Assembly (NCBI GenBank): GCA_041690295.1
Contig: JAWLHR010000006.1
Coordinates: forward strand, 32,001-96,000
Reading direction: 5' to 3'
DNA length: 64,000 nt
From: Bdellovibrionales bacterium
GTDB lineage: Bacteria > Bdellovibrionota > Bdellovibrionia > Bdellovibrionales > UBA1609
Position numbers and translations under genes: made by a program. Shown here piece after piece: positions 21,901 to 32,067 of the stretch (position 1 is the stretch's first letter; each line of letters starts with the position of its first letter). The notes under the pieces were generated by a model, which was not told the origin of the DNA, ran no database searches, and was given only the letters and a program-made list of their open reading frames with translations.

Positions 21901-22505
21901 AGCTCAGCAAGATCGGCGAAGTGAATCTGTCCTCCATTGAAGAATACGAAGATTTAAAGCAACGTCACGATTTCCTCGATCAACAGTACAAAGATCTGAT
22001 CGAAGCCAAGGACCAATTAAAGAAGGTGATCGATCGGATCAACCGCATTTGTTCGAAGCGCTTTAAAGACACCTTTGAGCAAGTGAACGAGCGATTCACC
22101 AAGGTCTTTCCGGTGCTCTTCGGCGGCGGTGAGGCCCGCTTGATTCTGGTGGAAGATCCGGAGAACGGCGAAATGGGGATCGATATCGTGGCCCGCCCGC
22201 CCGGCAAAAAAGCGCAAAACATCTCGCTGCTCTCAGGTGGAGAGAAAGCGCTGACCGCGGTGTCGCTGATCTTCTCCATCTTCCTCGTCAAACCTTCTCC
22301 GTTCTGTTTGCTGGACGAGGTGGATGCGCCGCTTGACGATGCCAACGTTTACCGATTCAACGACTTGGTCAAAGAAATGGCCAAGCGTTCACAGATCATC
22401 ATCGTGACCCACAATAAGCACACGATGAAAGTGAACAACGTTCTTTACGGCGTCACTCAAGAAGAAAAAGGCGTCTCCAAAATGGTCTCCGTCAATCTCG
22501 CGTAA
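18918..22505 (+). CDS. smc: Chromosome segregation protein SMC
   Basis: GPNGCGKSN Walker A, coiled coils with hinge, LSGGEK signature, LDEVDAPLD. Confidence 0.97.
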   Translation: MRIKKLELIGFKSFKDRTVIHFDKGITGIVGPNGCGKSNIVDALIWVMGEMSAKHLRGSSMSDVIFAGAEGYAPMGMAEVSLTLENDGGLFPAKYLKFSELMVTRRLHRDGESEYLINKEPARLRDIQEIFMDTGAGAKGFSIIEQGAIGKIVTAKPEDRRVLIEEAAGITKFKVRKRESQRKLVSTEQNLTRLQDILGEQKRQLDSLERQAQRADRYRGLKRELQEKEVLHSSKAYLQLHTEAEGLRQEVESIREQEAGWGGKVSTLESDLSALRLQVVEHEKALETVLQEHQKAQNETQTLEFTIRELNFEIEQARRNKEMTGSMLEQSQARKVALENELKQVEENLATAKTKAEQVGAEYQARAAELSSIQARITELDQKLTNERREMLTVSQSETHLDVRFQTLTEKLKEQDERLEQLRSVEQELISQSSEFEKRRNATFNKLESERQLQLDIMKDVENFEANHEILVRQVSEKQEEVNRFKDSLNEVASRLYGLENLQSNFEGFEEGVKQVMLWQRSQQQVHADGSVSEGPLHLRPVAELVEAPEEYELAMEAALGSKLQLLVSDSGQSALGALDYLKTNTKGRSSFIASDWLPQTGSNDPGAIKAQEGVRTLLSEVVSIPDEQKNLVLPFFEKVAVVDSIRTALRLRPEFPDYFFVTTDGDCLSPDGVLTGGTAESADSGLLKRRREIKELSQQREEWAGKLALAKLSLEKLEAKAAQVAEELENARKRHVEKEVLIVELKKDLERAENELKNAQVAVSRQQNEISKEEASRLKIQTELDEVGARFHEMRERRMRLELSVKNIDDEFQQARGGVEGLQKRVTELQVEAASSQKDVESLRQRFELLDRSLKEIQEQVEKMASESDRSLETLNVNQVMVEQRKLDLEQAISRTQELAQKVAAARDQFEQIQAKAREAEASLNEFHSSRHQLQSRLNEASLKLEQARMKEQYLIDQMRERYMIDLSVVAGQHASTEVDLPALESEVADLKNKLSKIGEVNLSSIEEYEDLKQRHDFLDQQYKDLIEAKDQLKKVIDRINRICSKRFKDTFEQVNERFTKVFPVLFGGGEARLILVEDPENGEMGIDIVARPPGKKAQNISLLSGGEKALTAVSLIFSIFLVKPSPFCLLDEVDAPLDDANVYRFNDLVKEMAKRSQIIIVTHNKHTMKVNNVLYGVTQEEKGVSKMVSVNLA

Positions 22506-22508
22506 AAG

Positions 22509-22532
22509 GTAGGCCGTTCCAAATCAGGATGC
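22509..22532 (+). repeat. REP element (GTAG family)
   Basis: GTAGGCCGTTCCAAATCAGGATGC, identical to the copies flanking the RAYT. Confidence 0.88.
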
Positions 22533-22583
22533 GTAGCGGAATTATTTAGAAGGTGTGGCGGTCCAAATCGCTGCGGAAGAATA

Positions 22584-22614
22584 AAAAACGCCACTCGGAT
22601 GGAGTGGCGTTTTT
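22584..22614. terminator. Bidirectional intrinsic terminator
   Basis: AAAAACGCCACTC-GGATG-GAGTGGCGTTTTT between convergent genes. Confidence 0.85.
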
Positions 22615-22638
22615 GTTTTCAAGCACAACGCGGATCGA

Positions 22639-23298
22639 TTAGCGGGCGACCATCGGCAGGTTCTGTTGTCCTTGATAGGGACGAGTGAGCGGAGCGACCT
22701 GCGGCTGTTGCGGAGCCTGGTAAATCGGAACTTGCGGAGTGGCGGGTCCAGCCACGGCCGGCGGAACTAGCTGCGTCTGACCCGGTCCCGGAACAGGCAT
22801 GATGTGCATTTGGCCCGGACGATGGGGGCGCACAAGCGGTGGCCGGTTGTTGGCGATCGGCGGACGACGATGCCAGCCAGAACGATGGTTGCGAACGTAG
22901 CGGCGATCCACATCAACGATTCGCCATTGGCCGTTGATAAAGCAAGCGTGCTTAGTGGTGACAACGCGACGGCCGCGGCGTGAAACTGCGACTTCATCAA
23001 AAGAGCGGCAAAGCTGTCCGCGGTAAGGTCCCTGATTAATAATCACTTCGTGGCCGGGGCGGAATTCGACGTAGCCGCCGTTGATCGGGTAGCGTTGACC
23101 ACAGCTATAAGAATTAAAACAGAGATTAAAGCCGTGATTGTATTGGTGGCGATCGTTGTCAGTTAATTTGGAAATCAAAATTCCAGTTCCAACTCCGAGA
23201 GCGAATCCTAATACATCGCCGAGATCCAGCGCCTCTGATTTTGCTGGCGTGAACAGCGCGATCTGCGCGGCGACGGCCAGACTCAATAATTGTTTCAT
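22639..23298 (-). CDS. Secreted protein with surface-antigen-like (CR.F...AC...G.W) segment and Pro/Gln-rich tail
   Basis: Signal peptide, glycine-zipper-like LGFALGVGTG, CRSF...ACFINGQWRIV; GAGGAGG RBS. Confidence 0.7.
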   Translation of the reverse strand: MKQLLSLAVAAQIALFTPAKSEALDLGDVLGFALGVGTGILISKLTDNDRHQYNHGFNLCFNSYSCGQRYPINGGYVEFRPGHEVIINQGPYRGQLCRSFDEVAVSRRGRRVVTTKHACFINGQWRIVDVDRRYVRNHRSGWHRRPPIANNRPPLVRPHRPGQMHIMPVPGPGQTQLVPPAVAGPATPQVPIYQAPQQPQVAPLTRPYQGQQNLPMVAR

Positions 23299-23323
23299 AA
23301 AGCCTCCTCAAGACCACTCCAAT

Positions 23324-23339
23324 TGCAAGGTCATGGCCC
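23324..23339 (-). promoter_or_regulatory. Possible sigma54 -24/-12 promoter
   Basis: Minus strand GGGCCA-TGACC-TTGCA (GG-N10-GC) upstream of the RBS. Confidence 0.4.
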
Positions 23340-23508
23340 CTGAAAACTGAAATTATTGAATCTGACGGGGGTGCCAATGTTGAATGATTGGGGGGTGCCA
23401 TAGAGGCGTTTTAAAAAACCTCGTGAAACAAGCGATTTATCCCTGTCCAAGTTTTATTCAGGTGGAGGGCCGTAAATAGAGAGTAAAAATGGGGTTTATA
23501 AGAGCTAG

Positions 23509-24111
23509 TTATTCAACGAGCCGCCGAAGAACCGCTGACACGCGCGCCATGGCCTGAGGAAGGTTTTCGCGAAAGGCCTCCATCGTGGCGGAGTCCGCAC
23601 GATCGGTGACACCGCGGATTTCCAAAAAAGGGATCTGACGATGCTTACAGGCTCGTGCTCCGCCGGCGCCTTCCCAGGCCACGGCCAGGGCGGACGTCTT
23701 CCGCGCGATCTCCTGGGCGCGCTCAGAACCAACCACGTCCTCATCTCCACTCGCCATCGGACCGAAGTGAACCGGAAAATCAAATGGAATCCCTTTGAGG
23801 CGCTCGAGCGCCTGGGGATCGCCGGGGAACTCCGGCGGCGGTTGATCGACCATTCGGATTTTAAAATCATGCTCGATGGTTTTCTCGGCCACCACGACGT
23901 CGTGGGGTTGAACCCGCGGGGAGAGAGCTCCGCAAGCGCCCGCGCAGATCACGAGCTTTGGCGTTCGAGCCATAATCAGTTCCTGCGCTCGCAGCGCGAA
24001 CGCCACTTTACCGTGTCCGCCGGTTTCAAAGCGCACGTGATCGAGTTCCGACGGCCAGTCGGAGGCGAGTAATTTTCGTTCTATCGGTAATGGTGTCACG
24101 ACGAGAATCAT
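23509..24111 (-). CDS. mtnN: 5'-methylthioadenosine/S-adenosylhomocysteine nucleosidase
   Basis: GGHGKV, GACGAL, ASGD, VAWEGAG, IRGVTDRAD. Confidence 0.85.
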   Translation of the reverse strand: MILVVTPLPIERKLLASDWPSELDHVRFETGGHGKVAFALRAQELIMARTPKLVICAGACGALSPRVQPHDVVVAEKTIEHDFKIRMVDQPPPEFPGDPQALERLKGIPFDFPVHFGPMASGDEDVVGSERAQEIARKTSALAVAWEGAGGARACKHRQIPFLEIRGVTDRADSATMEAFRENLPQAMARVSAVLRRLVE

Positions 24112-24175
24112 TACTCTTGTGCCTCTAGCACAGCCGTGCTTGACGTGCCTTACTCGACTCGTTACATCATCAAGC

Positions 24176-25294
24176 ATGGAATTGGATATCATGATTTTGC
24201 TCGGGGGCCTGGCCATCGGGCTCGGCACATTGGCCTCGGCGGGATACTATTTCGCCCGCTATTTCATTAAAACCGATGATGAAAAAGCCGCTGAACTGAT
24301 CAATAAGGCCGGCGCCGAAGCCATCCGGAAAAGTGAGGAGGAACCACACGAAGAACCTCTTCCGCCTCTGCCATCTTTAAAGCGCGCACTGAAATGCACT
24401 CGGGAAAATTTTTGGGGTCAAATTCAGCGTCAGCTGTTGGGCAGCGGCCAGATTCAGGGCGATCAACTCGAAGTTTTGGAAGAAATTCTTTACACCAGCG
24501 ATCTCGGCACGGCCACTGTCACTCGATTGATCGATTCCGTTGAATCCCAACTCTCCCGTCAAGAGAAAAAGTCGCTGGATGTGGTGAAGAGTTCGCTCAA
24601 ATCGGAAGTTGAATCCATTTTGACGTCCGTGCCGAAGATGGGGCGCTCGCCGTTTGAAAACTTCAGTGAGCGTCCCAAACCGCAAGTGTGGATGATCGTG
24701 GGTGTGAACGGCGTGGGAAAGACCACAACCATCGGCAAGCTCGCGTATCTGGCCGCCCAGCAAGGGGCGAAGGTTTTGGTGGCGGCGGGAGATACATTCC
24801 GGGCGGCGGCGCAATCGCAGCTGAAAATCTGGACCGAACGCGCGCAAGTGGAGATTTTTTCGCCCGAAGGTGTGACTGATCCGGGAGCCGTGGCCTTCGA
24901 TGCCGTGCAAATGGCCGCTGCTCGAAAATATGATCTGGTGTTGATCGACACCGCCGGACGTTTGCACACGCAAGACAATTTGATGGACGAGCTAAAAAAG
25001 GTGAAACGGGTGATTCAGAAACTCAATCCCGAAGCACCCCATGAAACCTTGATCGTGCTTGATGCGAACAGCGGTCAAAATGCCCTTGTGCAAGCGCAGA
25101 AATTTCACGAAACCCTGAAACTCTCCGGCGCCGTTTTTACCAAAATGGACGGCACCGCGAAAGGTGGCGTAGTTTTGGGCTTGGCCGCCCAGCTTCAAAT
25201 TCCAACGGTGTTTTTAGGTGTGGGTGAAAGCATGCAATCACTCACTTCGTTCAATCCCGGCGAATACGCTGAGGCCCTCTTCGAAGCTCAGTAG
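24176..25294 (+). CDS. ftsY: SRP receptor FtsY with N-terminal TM helix
   Basis: GVNGVGKTTT, DTFRAAA, DTAGR, TKMDGTAKGG. Confidence 0.96.
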   Translation: MELDIMILLGGLAIGLGTLASAGYYFARYFIKTDDEKAAELINKAGAEAIRKSEEEPHEEPLPPLPSLKRALKCTRENFWGQIQRQLLGSGQIQGDQLEVLEEILYTSDLGTATVTRLIDSVESQLSRQEKKSLDVVKSSLKSEVESILTSVPKMGRSPFENFSERPKPQVWMIVGVNGVGKTTTIGKLAYLAAQQGAKVLVAAGDTFRAAAQSQLKIWTERAQVEIFSPEGVTDPGAVAFDAVQMAAARKYDLVLIDTAGRLHTQDNLMDELKKVKRVIQKLNPEAPHETLIVLDANSGQNALVQAQKFHETLKLSGAVFTKMDGTAKGGVVLGLAAQLQIPTVFLGVGESMQSLTSFNPGEYAEALFEAQ

Positions 25295-25329
25295 CTAAAA
25301 GCTTGCTCCCGGCGGCAAAACCGGGTGCA

Positions 25330-26970
25330 ATGATTAAGATGGCGCATTCAGCTTTGGTTCTTACCTTCGGAGGCGTGGCACTTTTCGAGCTAGGCATGAG
25401 GCTGGCGAGTGAACACCTGCAGGTGATCGCCGCCGACCGGATTCGCGACATCGTTACCACTCTGGCCCGTAAGCCCATCTGGGGCGTTTTTCTAGGGGTT
25501 GGCCTCACACTTATCTTGCAAAGTTCAGCCGCGGCGACCACTCTTCTGGTGGGTTTGGGGGCGGCCGGAGTGATCACACTTCCCCAGGTCATGAGCGTGA
25601 TCTTGGGAACCGCGATCGGCTCCACATTCACCGTTCAGATTCTCAGTTTTAAACTTTCGCAGATCGGCTTGCCGGTCTTCGCGGTGTTTTTCTTTATTAA
25701 CTTTCTTTCTAAAAACAACGTGGTCCGCAATATTTCCGCGGCGGCCATGGGATTCGGCTTGATCTTTTTCGGTTTGGAAATGATCGGGCTTGGTACCGCC
25801 AGTCTCAAAAACGCCGAGGCCTTCAGTGGATTCGTCAAGACGTTGAGCGACACTCCCATGTACGCCATTCTCATCACCGCATTGTTTGCGGCTGTGGTTC
25901 ACTCGAGTGCCGTGACGATTTTGCTCGGGATGACTTTGGCGGGGCATGGCCTGATTTCGCTTCACGATGCGGTTTATTGGATTTTTGGTGCCAACATCGG
26001 AACAACGGCCACAGCGCTTGTCGCCGCGGCGGGAGGCAACTATGTGGGCCGTCAAGTGGGCTGGGCCCATACGTTTTACAAAATCGCCTCAGTGGTGATC
26101 TTCCTTCCCTTCGGCACGTGGACCGCGGACTTTTTGTCGTCGGGCTATGTGGAGCGCGACATCGCCAACTTTAATACGGTTTACAATCTGATCACCGCAT
26201 TGATCTTTTATCCCTTCACCCACTACGGCGCGAGATTGGTGGAAAAGCTTTTTCCGCCAAGCAAAGAGGAGCGCCAGTTTTCGGTTAAGTATCTCAACAA
26301 GAAGGACTGGGAGTCTCCATCGGTGGTTCTGGCCCATGCCGAACGCGAAGCCTTGCGAATGGCGGATATTGTGACCAGCATGATCGAGGATTCGCTCAAA
26401 ATGTTCCGCACCGAAGACCCGGCACTGATCGAAGACATGCGGCGAAGGGATGACCGCGCCGACCTTTTGTTCCGCGAACTGAATCTCTACTTGGCCCGTC
26501 AGATTGAACGCGCGCCCGAGAGCACCCGCGGTCAGATGCTTAAAATCATGTACTTCGTCACCGATCTGGAAGCCGCGGCGGATGTGGTCGAAAATCAGCT
26601 TCTGGAGCTCGCGCAGAAAAAGCACCATTTGAAAGTGGATTTTTCGCCAGAGGGCTGGGCCGAGCTTGAGGAACTCCATGCGGCCGTGACGCAAATCGCC
26701 CAAATGGCCATTGCTTGTTTTCAGACCCAGGACAAAGACCTTGCGGCGAAAGTGGTGTTTCACAAACGCAATGTGCGACGCCTTGAGCATAAAATGCGGG
26801 AATCTCACATGTCGCGCCTCGTCCGAGGCACTCCCGAATCGGTCATAACCTCAAGTATTCACTTGGATGTTCTGGGTGAGTATCGCCGGATCGTGGGACT
26901 TTTATCGAACCACGTCTATTCACTATTGAAGGATGCCGATCCCTATGGAATCCTTCCCCGTCGGGAATAG
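25330..26970 (+). CDS. Na+/Pi cotransporter family protein with PhoU-like C-terminus
   Basis: QSS / HSS repeats, GANIGTT, multiple TM helices, helical C-terminal domain. Confidence 0.9.
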   Translation: MIKMAHSALVLTFGGVALFELGMRLASEHLQVIAADRIRDIVTTLARKPIWGVFLGVGLTLILQSSAAATTLLVGLGAAGVITLPQVMSVILGTAIGSTFTVQILSFKLSQIGLPVFAVFFFINFLSKNNVVRNISAAAMGFGLIFFGLEMIGLGTASLKNAEAFSGFVKTLSDTPMYAILITALFAAVVHSSAVTILLGMTLAGHGLISLHDAVYWIFGANIGTTATALVAAAGGNYVGRQVGWAHTFYKIASVVIFLPFGTWTADFLSSGYVERDIANFNTVYNLITALIFYPFTHYGARLVEKLFPPSKEERQFSVKYLNKKDWESPSVVLAHAEREALRMADIVTSMIEDSLKMFRTEDPALIEDMRRRDDRADLLFRELNLYLARQIERAPESTRGQMLKIMYFVTDLEAAADVVENQLLELAQKKHHLKVDFSPEGWAELEELHAAVTQIAQMAIACFQTQDKDLAAKVVFHKRNVRRLEHKMRESHMSRLVRGTPESVITSSIHLDVLGEYRRIVGLLSNHVYSLLKDADPYGILPRRE

Positions 26971-27094
26971 GGCGATGCAGCATAAGTTTCCAGCTACCTT
27001 TTCCCCTATCAATTCAATATTATAACGAGTGATTGATGAAGAAGGGCCCGGTTAGGGCGTAATCCTTCAGTTTAGAATGTTATTTGAGGACCGT

Positions 27095-27418
27095 ATGCAC
27101 CCTGAAAGCACAGCCAAAGCAGAGACCTACGAGGTGCAAGTGGCAGGTTTGCCGCTCCGGCTCAAATCCACGCACGATGAACAAACAGTGCAAGAATTGA
27201 TTGAACTCATTGATCATAAAGTCAAAGAGGCATTGTCCTCCAGCTCGAACATCTCATTTCAGAAGGCACTCTTGCTGGCGTCACTCCACGTTGCGGAAGA
27301 CCTGGTGTATTTGAAGCGAGCCGTTCGCAGTCGACTGGATCTTATTGAGAAGAAAGCCAAAAACATTCTAACCGAATTGGATTCCGCACCCGTCGCCCGA
27401 CTGACCATCGACCAATAA
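27095..27418 (+). CDS. zapA: Cell division protein ZapA
   Basis: YEVQVAG..LRL, LLASLHVAEDL, C-terminal coiled coil; zapA-ygfA-rny synteny; GAGG RBS. Confidence 0.88.
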   Translation: MHPESTAKAETYEVQVAGLPLRLKSTHDEQTVQELIELIDHKVKEALSSSSNISFQKALLLASLHVAEDLVYLKRAVRSRLDLIEKKAKNILTELDSAPVARLTIDQ

Positions 27419-27421
27419 CTT

Positions 27422-28030
27422 TTGACGATCGGTTTAAGGTTGGAATTGGAAAAGCTCAGTTTAAAAGGTGAGAAGTCGGTTTTTCGCCGGCGCTTCCGCG
27501 AGTTGCGTAAAGAATTCGCCAAGGAGCGCGGCCCCGCGGCGGAAAAGCAGATTCAAAGCCACATCAAGCGCTGGCTCCGGGATTTTATCGTGCCCGACGT
27601 GCAGGTTTGCGCTTATCGCTCCCAGCCGGATGAGGTGAACCCGTGCGTTTGGCCTTTGACCAAGTTGTATTTCCCGCGCATCGAAGAACGCGACCTCGTG
27701 TTCTATCGGCCGCAGTCCACTGAAGCTTTTGTTAAAAACCGATTCGGAATTTTGGAGCCCGATCCCGAGCGGGCGGAGCGCTTGAAGCCCGAGCGCCCCA
27801 CCATCGTGCTTTGCCCCGCGGTGGCGGTCGACAGTTTGGGGCGCAGGATCGGATTGGGCGAAGGTTACTACGATCGTTTCTTAGGCACGATGCCGCAAGC
27901 GATTCGCGTCGGCGTCGTTTTCCACGTTCAGGTTTCCCATGATCCACTCCCCGCAGAAGGTTGGGATCAGTTACTGGACTGGGTGATTACGGAAAAGATG
28001 ATTCTGCGGGTTTCGCAAAGGAGCTTTTAA
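27422..28030 (+). CDS. ygfA: 5-formyltetrahydrofolate cyclo-ligase
   Basis: FGILEP, RIGLGEGYYDRFL, WDQLLDWVITE. Exact start uncertain. Confidence 0.9.
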   Translation: MTIGLRLELEKLSLKGEKSVFRRRFRELRKEFAKERGPAAEKQIQSHIKRWLRDFIVPDVQVCAYRSQPDEVNPCVWPLTKLYFPRIEERDLVFYRPQSTEAFVKNRFGILEPDPERAERLKPERPTIVLCPAVAVDSLGRRIGLGEGYYDRFLGTMPQAIRVGVVFHVQVSHDPLPAEGWDQLLDWVITEKMILRVSQRSF

Positions 28031-28033
28031 GCC

Positions 28034-29605
28034 ATGGAGTTAAATGATCTTCTATTTTTGATGGCTGGCCTGAGCATCGGCGGCTTCGGACTTTACATGA
28101 TTTTAAAATTGTCCGGTCAGAAAACTTTGCTCTCCGCTGAGAAAGAAGCCGAAAAAATCATTCAGCGCGCCCGCGGCCAGGTGGCCAAGATCGAGCGAGA
28201 CGCCACTCAACGGGCCAAAGATTTTGAAGCCCGGGCCCGCAAAAACGTCGAAGTCGAGATTCGCAAAGAGAAACAAAAAATCCAAAACATGGAGAACCAA
28301 CTCCGTGAGCGCGAGAATAAACTTGAGCGCGAAATCAAACGCCGTGAAGAGCAGCTCAATCAAAAAGCGCGCGAACTGGATGAAAGCAGCGAACGCATTC
28401 AGGTGACCGAAAAACGCCTGATGGAGATGGAACAAAAAACCCAACAGCAGATCAGCGAACTTGAGATGAAGTTGCAATCGGTGGCCAGCATGACGCCGGA
28501 GCAGGCGAAGAACGAATTGCTGAAGGCCATGACCGAAGACGCCCGGCGTGAACTCGCGGCGAAGGCGGCGCAAATTGAAGAAGAAGTCATGCAAGACGCC
28601 ACTCGCAAAGCCCGCCGGATATTGGCGACCGCGGTGGCCCGTTACGCTTCGGAAGTGGCCACTGAGCGAACCGTAAGCTCGATCCCGCTTTCGGGTGAGG
28701 AGATGAAAGGAAAAATCATCGGTCGTGAGGGACGTAACATCCGCGCGCTTGAAGCCGCATGCGGCGTGGACTTGATCATCGATGAAACTCCGGAAACCGT
28801 GATCATTTCCAGTTTCGATCCGGTTCGGCGCGAGATCGCCCGCAAGTCCCTTGAGCGGTTGATGGAAGACGGTCGTGTTCACCCGGCACGTATTGAGGAA
28901 GTGGTTGAAAAAGTAAAATCCGAACTCTTCACCTCGATGCGTGAAGAAGGCGAGAAGGTTTGCTTTGAACTTGGCATTCATAACGTGAAGCCCGACATCG
29001 TTCGCGTTCTCGGCGGACTTAAATACCGTCAGGGTGAAGGGCAAAATCTTCTGGCTTACAGCCAAGAGGTGGCTCATCTTTGCGGATTGATCGCCGAGGA
29101 AATCGGTGCGGATCCGAAACTCGCCCGTCGCGCGGGTCTGTTCCACGCCATCGGTCGCGGTCTCGACCACACCTTCGAGGGCAGTTACGCGCAAGCCGGT
29201 GCGGATTTCTTAAAACGCAACGGCGAGCGGGATGATGTGGTGCACGCCGTACGTTCGCACAATGACGAGGTGAAACCGGTTTCAACGCTCGCGCACATCG
29301 TGCAATCGGCCTTCAATCTCACGCGTTCACGCCCTGGGGCCCGCCGGCAGAATCTCGAAGCCTTCATTAAGCGCTTGAGCGATCTTGAGTCCGTGGCGAA
29401 CTCTTTTGACGGCGTGGCTCGCAGTTACGCCATTCAAAGCGGAAAAGAAATTCGTGTGATCGTGGATAGCGGTAAAGTCACCGATGACCAGGCCACCATG
29501 CTTTCGCGTGATATCGCGCGCAAGATCGAGCGCGAGTTGAATTACTCCGGCCAGATCAAGGTCGCGGTTGTGCGTGAAACCCGCATCGTCGAGCATGCGA
29601 GGTAA
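28034..29605 (+). CDS. rny: Ribonuclease Y homolog with degenerate HD domain
   Basis: TM anchor, coiled coil, KH domain ([14 protein letters not shown]), [28 protein letters not shown] motif reads HA. Confidence 0.93.
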   Translation: MELNDLLFLMAGLSIGGFGLYMILKLSGQKTLLSAEKEAEKIIQRARGQVAKIERDATQRAKDFEARARKNVEVEIRKEKQKIQNMENQLRERENKLEREIKRREEQLNQKARELDESSERIQVTEKRLMEMEQKTQQQISELEMKLQSVASMTPEQAKNELLKAMTEDARRELAAKAAQIEEEVMQDATRKARRILATAVARYASEVATERTVSSIPLSGEEMKGKIIGREGRNIRALEAACGVDLIIDETPETVIISSFDPVRREIARKSLERLMEDGRVHPARIEEVVEKVKSELFTSMREEGEKVCFELGIHNVKPDIVRVLGGLKYRQGEGQNLLAYSQEVAHLCGLIAEEIGADPKLARRAGLFHAIGRGLDHTFEGSYAQAGADFLKRNGERDDVVHAVRSHNDEVKPVSTLAHIVQSAFNLTRSRPGARRQNLEAFIKRLSDLESVANSFDGVARSYAIQSGKEIRVIVDSGKVTDDQATMLSRDIARKIERELNYSGQIKVAVVRETRIVEHAR

Positions 29606-29607
29606 AG

Positions 29608-30828
29608 ATGTTCCTTGAGCCGGCGGAGCAGCTGAAGCAGCTGAAGAAAGGAACGGTGGAAATCGTCAGTGAGGCGGAGCTGCTGGCGAAACTCAAAAAA
29701 AGCTTTGAGACCGGAGAGCCTTTGCGCATCAAAGCCGGGTTCGATCCGTCACGTCCTGATCTTCACTTGGGACACACGGTTTTGCTGAATAAGATGAGGC
29801 AGTTTCAGCGCCTTGGCCATCATGTGATTTTTCTGATCGGTGATTTCACGGCCATGATCGGCGATCCAACCGGGAAGAATGAAGCCCGCCCTCCGCTTTC
29901 GCCCGAAGAAATCAAGGACAATGCGGAAACTTATGCTCGTCAGGTTTATAAGATTCTCGATAAAGAAAAAACGGAAGTCGCATACAACAGCACGTGGATG
30001 ATGAAGTTCACCGCCGCGGATTTCGTGCGCCTCACCAGCCAATACACGTTGGCGCGCATGCTTGAGCGCGATGATTTTTCAAAGCGGTTCCAGTCGCAAA
30101 CGCCGATTCATTTACACGAACTCTTGTATCCCTTGGTGCAAGGATATGATTCGGTGGCATTGAAGGCGGACGTGGAGCTTGGCGGAACAGATCAGAAGTT
30201 TAATCTTCTCGTGGGACGCGATTTGCAAAAATCCGCGGGGCAAGAGCCGCAAGTGATTCTCACGGTGCCTATTCTTGAAGGTCTCGACGGCGTTCAGAAA
30301 ATGTCGAAGAGCCTCGACAATTATATCGCCGTGGAAGATTCGCCGCGGGACATGTTCGGTAAAACCATGCGGGTATCCGATGAGTTGATGTTCCGTTACT
30401 ACGAGCTTCTCACCGATATTTCGGTGGAAGAACTTGAGCAGTTGAAAGCGGATGTTCAATCCGGCCGCAAGCATCCCCGTGACGTCAAAGTCGAACTTGG
30501 GCGCATTCTCGTGGATCGTTTTCACGGCGAAGGTGCGGGCCAAAAAGCTGTTGAAGAGTTCAACCGCATTTTTGTCGACAAGGGATTGCCGGATGAAATT
30601 CCGGTTTTTGAAACCTCGGCGCAAAAGGAACTTTGGATTTGTAAGTTGATGGTGGAAGCCGGACTTGCGTCATCGAGCAGCGAGGCTCGACGATTGGTTG
30701 AAGGTCGCGCTGTCGAACGAGACGGTCAAAAAATCGAAGATCCCAAAATGAAAGTGGATTTGAAATCGGGCGATAACTTCGTGTTGAAAGCCGGCAAAAA
30801 GAAGTTCGTCCGTGTGCAGGTGAAGTGA
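29608..30828 (+). CDS. tyrS: Tyrosine--tRNA ligase
   Basis: GFDP..DLHLGH, GGTDQ, KMSKS, C-terminal S4 domain. Confidence 0.97.
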   Translation: MFLEPAEQLKQLKKGTVEIVSEAELLAKLKKSFETGEPLRIKAGFDPSRPDLHLGHTVLLNKMRQFQRLGHHVIFLIGDFTAMIGDPTGKNEARPPLSPEEIKDNAETYARQVYKILDKEKTEVAYNSTWMMKFTAADFVRLTSQYTLARMLERDDFSKRFQSQTPIHLHELLYPLVQGYDSVALKADVELGGTDQKFNLLVGRDLQKSAGQEPQVILTVPILEGLDGVQKMSKSLDNYIAVEDSPRDMFGKTMRVSDELMFRYYELLTDISVEELEQLKADVQSGRKHPRDVKVELGRILVDRFHGEGAGQKAVEEFNRIFVDKGLPDEIPVFETSAQKELWICKLMVEAGLASSSSEARRLVEGRAVERDGQKIEDPKMKVDLKSGDNFVLKAGKKKFVRVQVK

Positions 30829-31265
30829 TGAAGGTTAAATTTCTTCCGCAAAACGTGGAATACGAAATCAAACCGGGCCAGTCGGTGATGGACTTGGCCC
30901 ACGAGCACGAGTTGCCCATTCGATCGACGTGCAACGGACTTCCTTCCTGCGCGGAATGCCGGGTGCGGGTGGTGGATGGCGAATGGAATGTGAATCCTCC
31001 GTCACGCAAAGAGCTGAATTTGATTGGAACGGGTTACTACATCGATCAGCGGCGCTTGTCGTGCCAAATGATTTGCTTTGGAGACGTGACCGTTGACTTA
31101 TCCGAGCAGGTTGAAAAAGCCGCCGAGGGTCCGGTCACCAAGAAATTCCTCACCAAAGTCCACAAATCCTCCGCTGCCGAAAGCCACTCTCTGGGCGGTG
31201 TTTTGATCGAACAAGACGAAAAACTTCTTAAAGAACTTAAGCGCGACCGCCGCCGCAGAAGGTAG
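30828..31265 (+). CDS. 2Fe-2S ferredoxin
   Basis: C-x5-C-x2-C (CNGLPSCAEC) ... RLSCQ. Confidence 0.88.
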   Translation: MKVKFLPQNVEYEIKPGQSVMDLAHEHELPIRSTCNGLPSCAECRVRVVDGEWNVNPPSRKELNLIGTGYYIDQRRLSCQMICFGDVTVDLSEQVEKAAEGPVTKKFLTKVHKSSAAESHSLGGVLIEQDEKLLKELKRDRRRRR

Positions 31266-31285
31266 GCCGTTCCAAATCAGGATGC
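31262..31285 (+). repeat. REP element (left flank of RAYT)
   Basis: GTAGGCCGTTCCAAATCAGGATGC; its TAG is the ferredoxin stop codon. Confidence 0.9.
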
Positions 31286-31302
31286 AGCACGAAAAAACCT
31301 GA

Positions 31303-31944
31303 CTAAAAGACAAAATCTGCGGGACGAACGTACTTGCGAGAGTGATTGGTTTTCTGAAAATGGAATTTTTTCCGTGCCAAAGCTTTTCCGACTTCGATGA
31401 AGTCATCCGAACTGCCCGTATTCAGCCAGGCTAAATGTTCAAGATCTAAATTCGGATTAAATAATAAAGTATCGAACTCCAGAGGAAAACTGAGTGGTCC
31501 GAACCCGAGGAGACGGAAAAGCGTGCTGTAACGATAGGTTTCGACTGAGGTGGCCAGACCGGCTTCAACTGGGTTTCGGTAAAGATACTTGTATGCATTA
31601 AAAAAATAATGATTGGAATCTAATAGGCACGGATAATAGGGCCTTCCCCATGTCTGGTTGATCCGCCCGGAAGCGCGCGAAATGTATCGACTGACTTCTC
31701 TTTGGAAATGATTCATGCCCTCGGGAAGGTTACTGAGCGGAGTTGAGACAATCAGATGGTAGTGGTTCGACATTAATACGAACGCGTGGATGCGGAACGA
31801 AAATCCATGGTGGAGTAGAGAAAGATAGTCGCTACACAACTCCCACATTTCTTCCATGGGCACTCTGAACCAATCGCGGTTAATTGAGCGTGCAGTGACA
31901 AAGTACGGGTAAATGTTTTGATTGACGGATTTTGTTCGAGGCAT
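31303..31944 (-). CDS. REP-associated tyrosine transposase (RAYT/TnpA-REP, Y1 HUH)
   Basis: YFVT.R, VLMSNHYHL (HUH), YLYRNPVEAG, YRYS; flanked by inverted GTAG REPs. Confidence 0.92.
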   Translation of the reverse strand: MPRTKSVNQNIYPYFVTARSINRDWFRVPMEEMWELCSDYLSLLHHGFSFRIHAFVLMSNHYHLIVSTPLSNLPEGMNHFQREVSRYISRASGRINQTWGRPYYPCLLDSNHYFFNAYKYLYRNPVEAGLATSVETYRYSTLFRLLGFGPLSFPLEFDTLLFNPNLDLEHLAWLNTGSSDDFIEVGKALARKKFHFQKTNHSRKYVRPADFVF

Positions 31945-32067
31945 GACTCACACTAAAAAGTGCAAGACTTAATCAACACCTATTCACTTCTTAATTTTTG
32001 AGTCGGACAAACAAACGCCCGAGTGTCGGAACACGGTTCAATGTACCGGACGAAAATTCGACCTTGT

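Noticed and set aside
22551..22576. Degenerate REP-like sequence (GGTGTGGCGGTCCAAATCGCTGCG)
   Set aside because: Only TCCAAATC matches well and GTAG is missing; not supportable.
27419..27440. 6S RNA (ssrS) expected between zapA and ygfA
   Set aside because: The genes are at most ~20 nt apart, leaving no room; the ~120-nt region upstream of zapA forms no convincing long rod.
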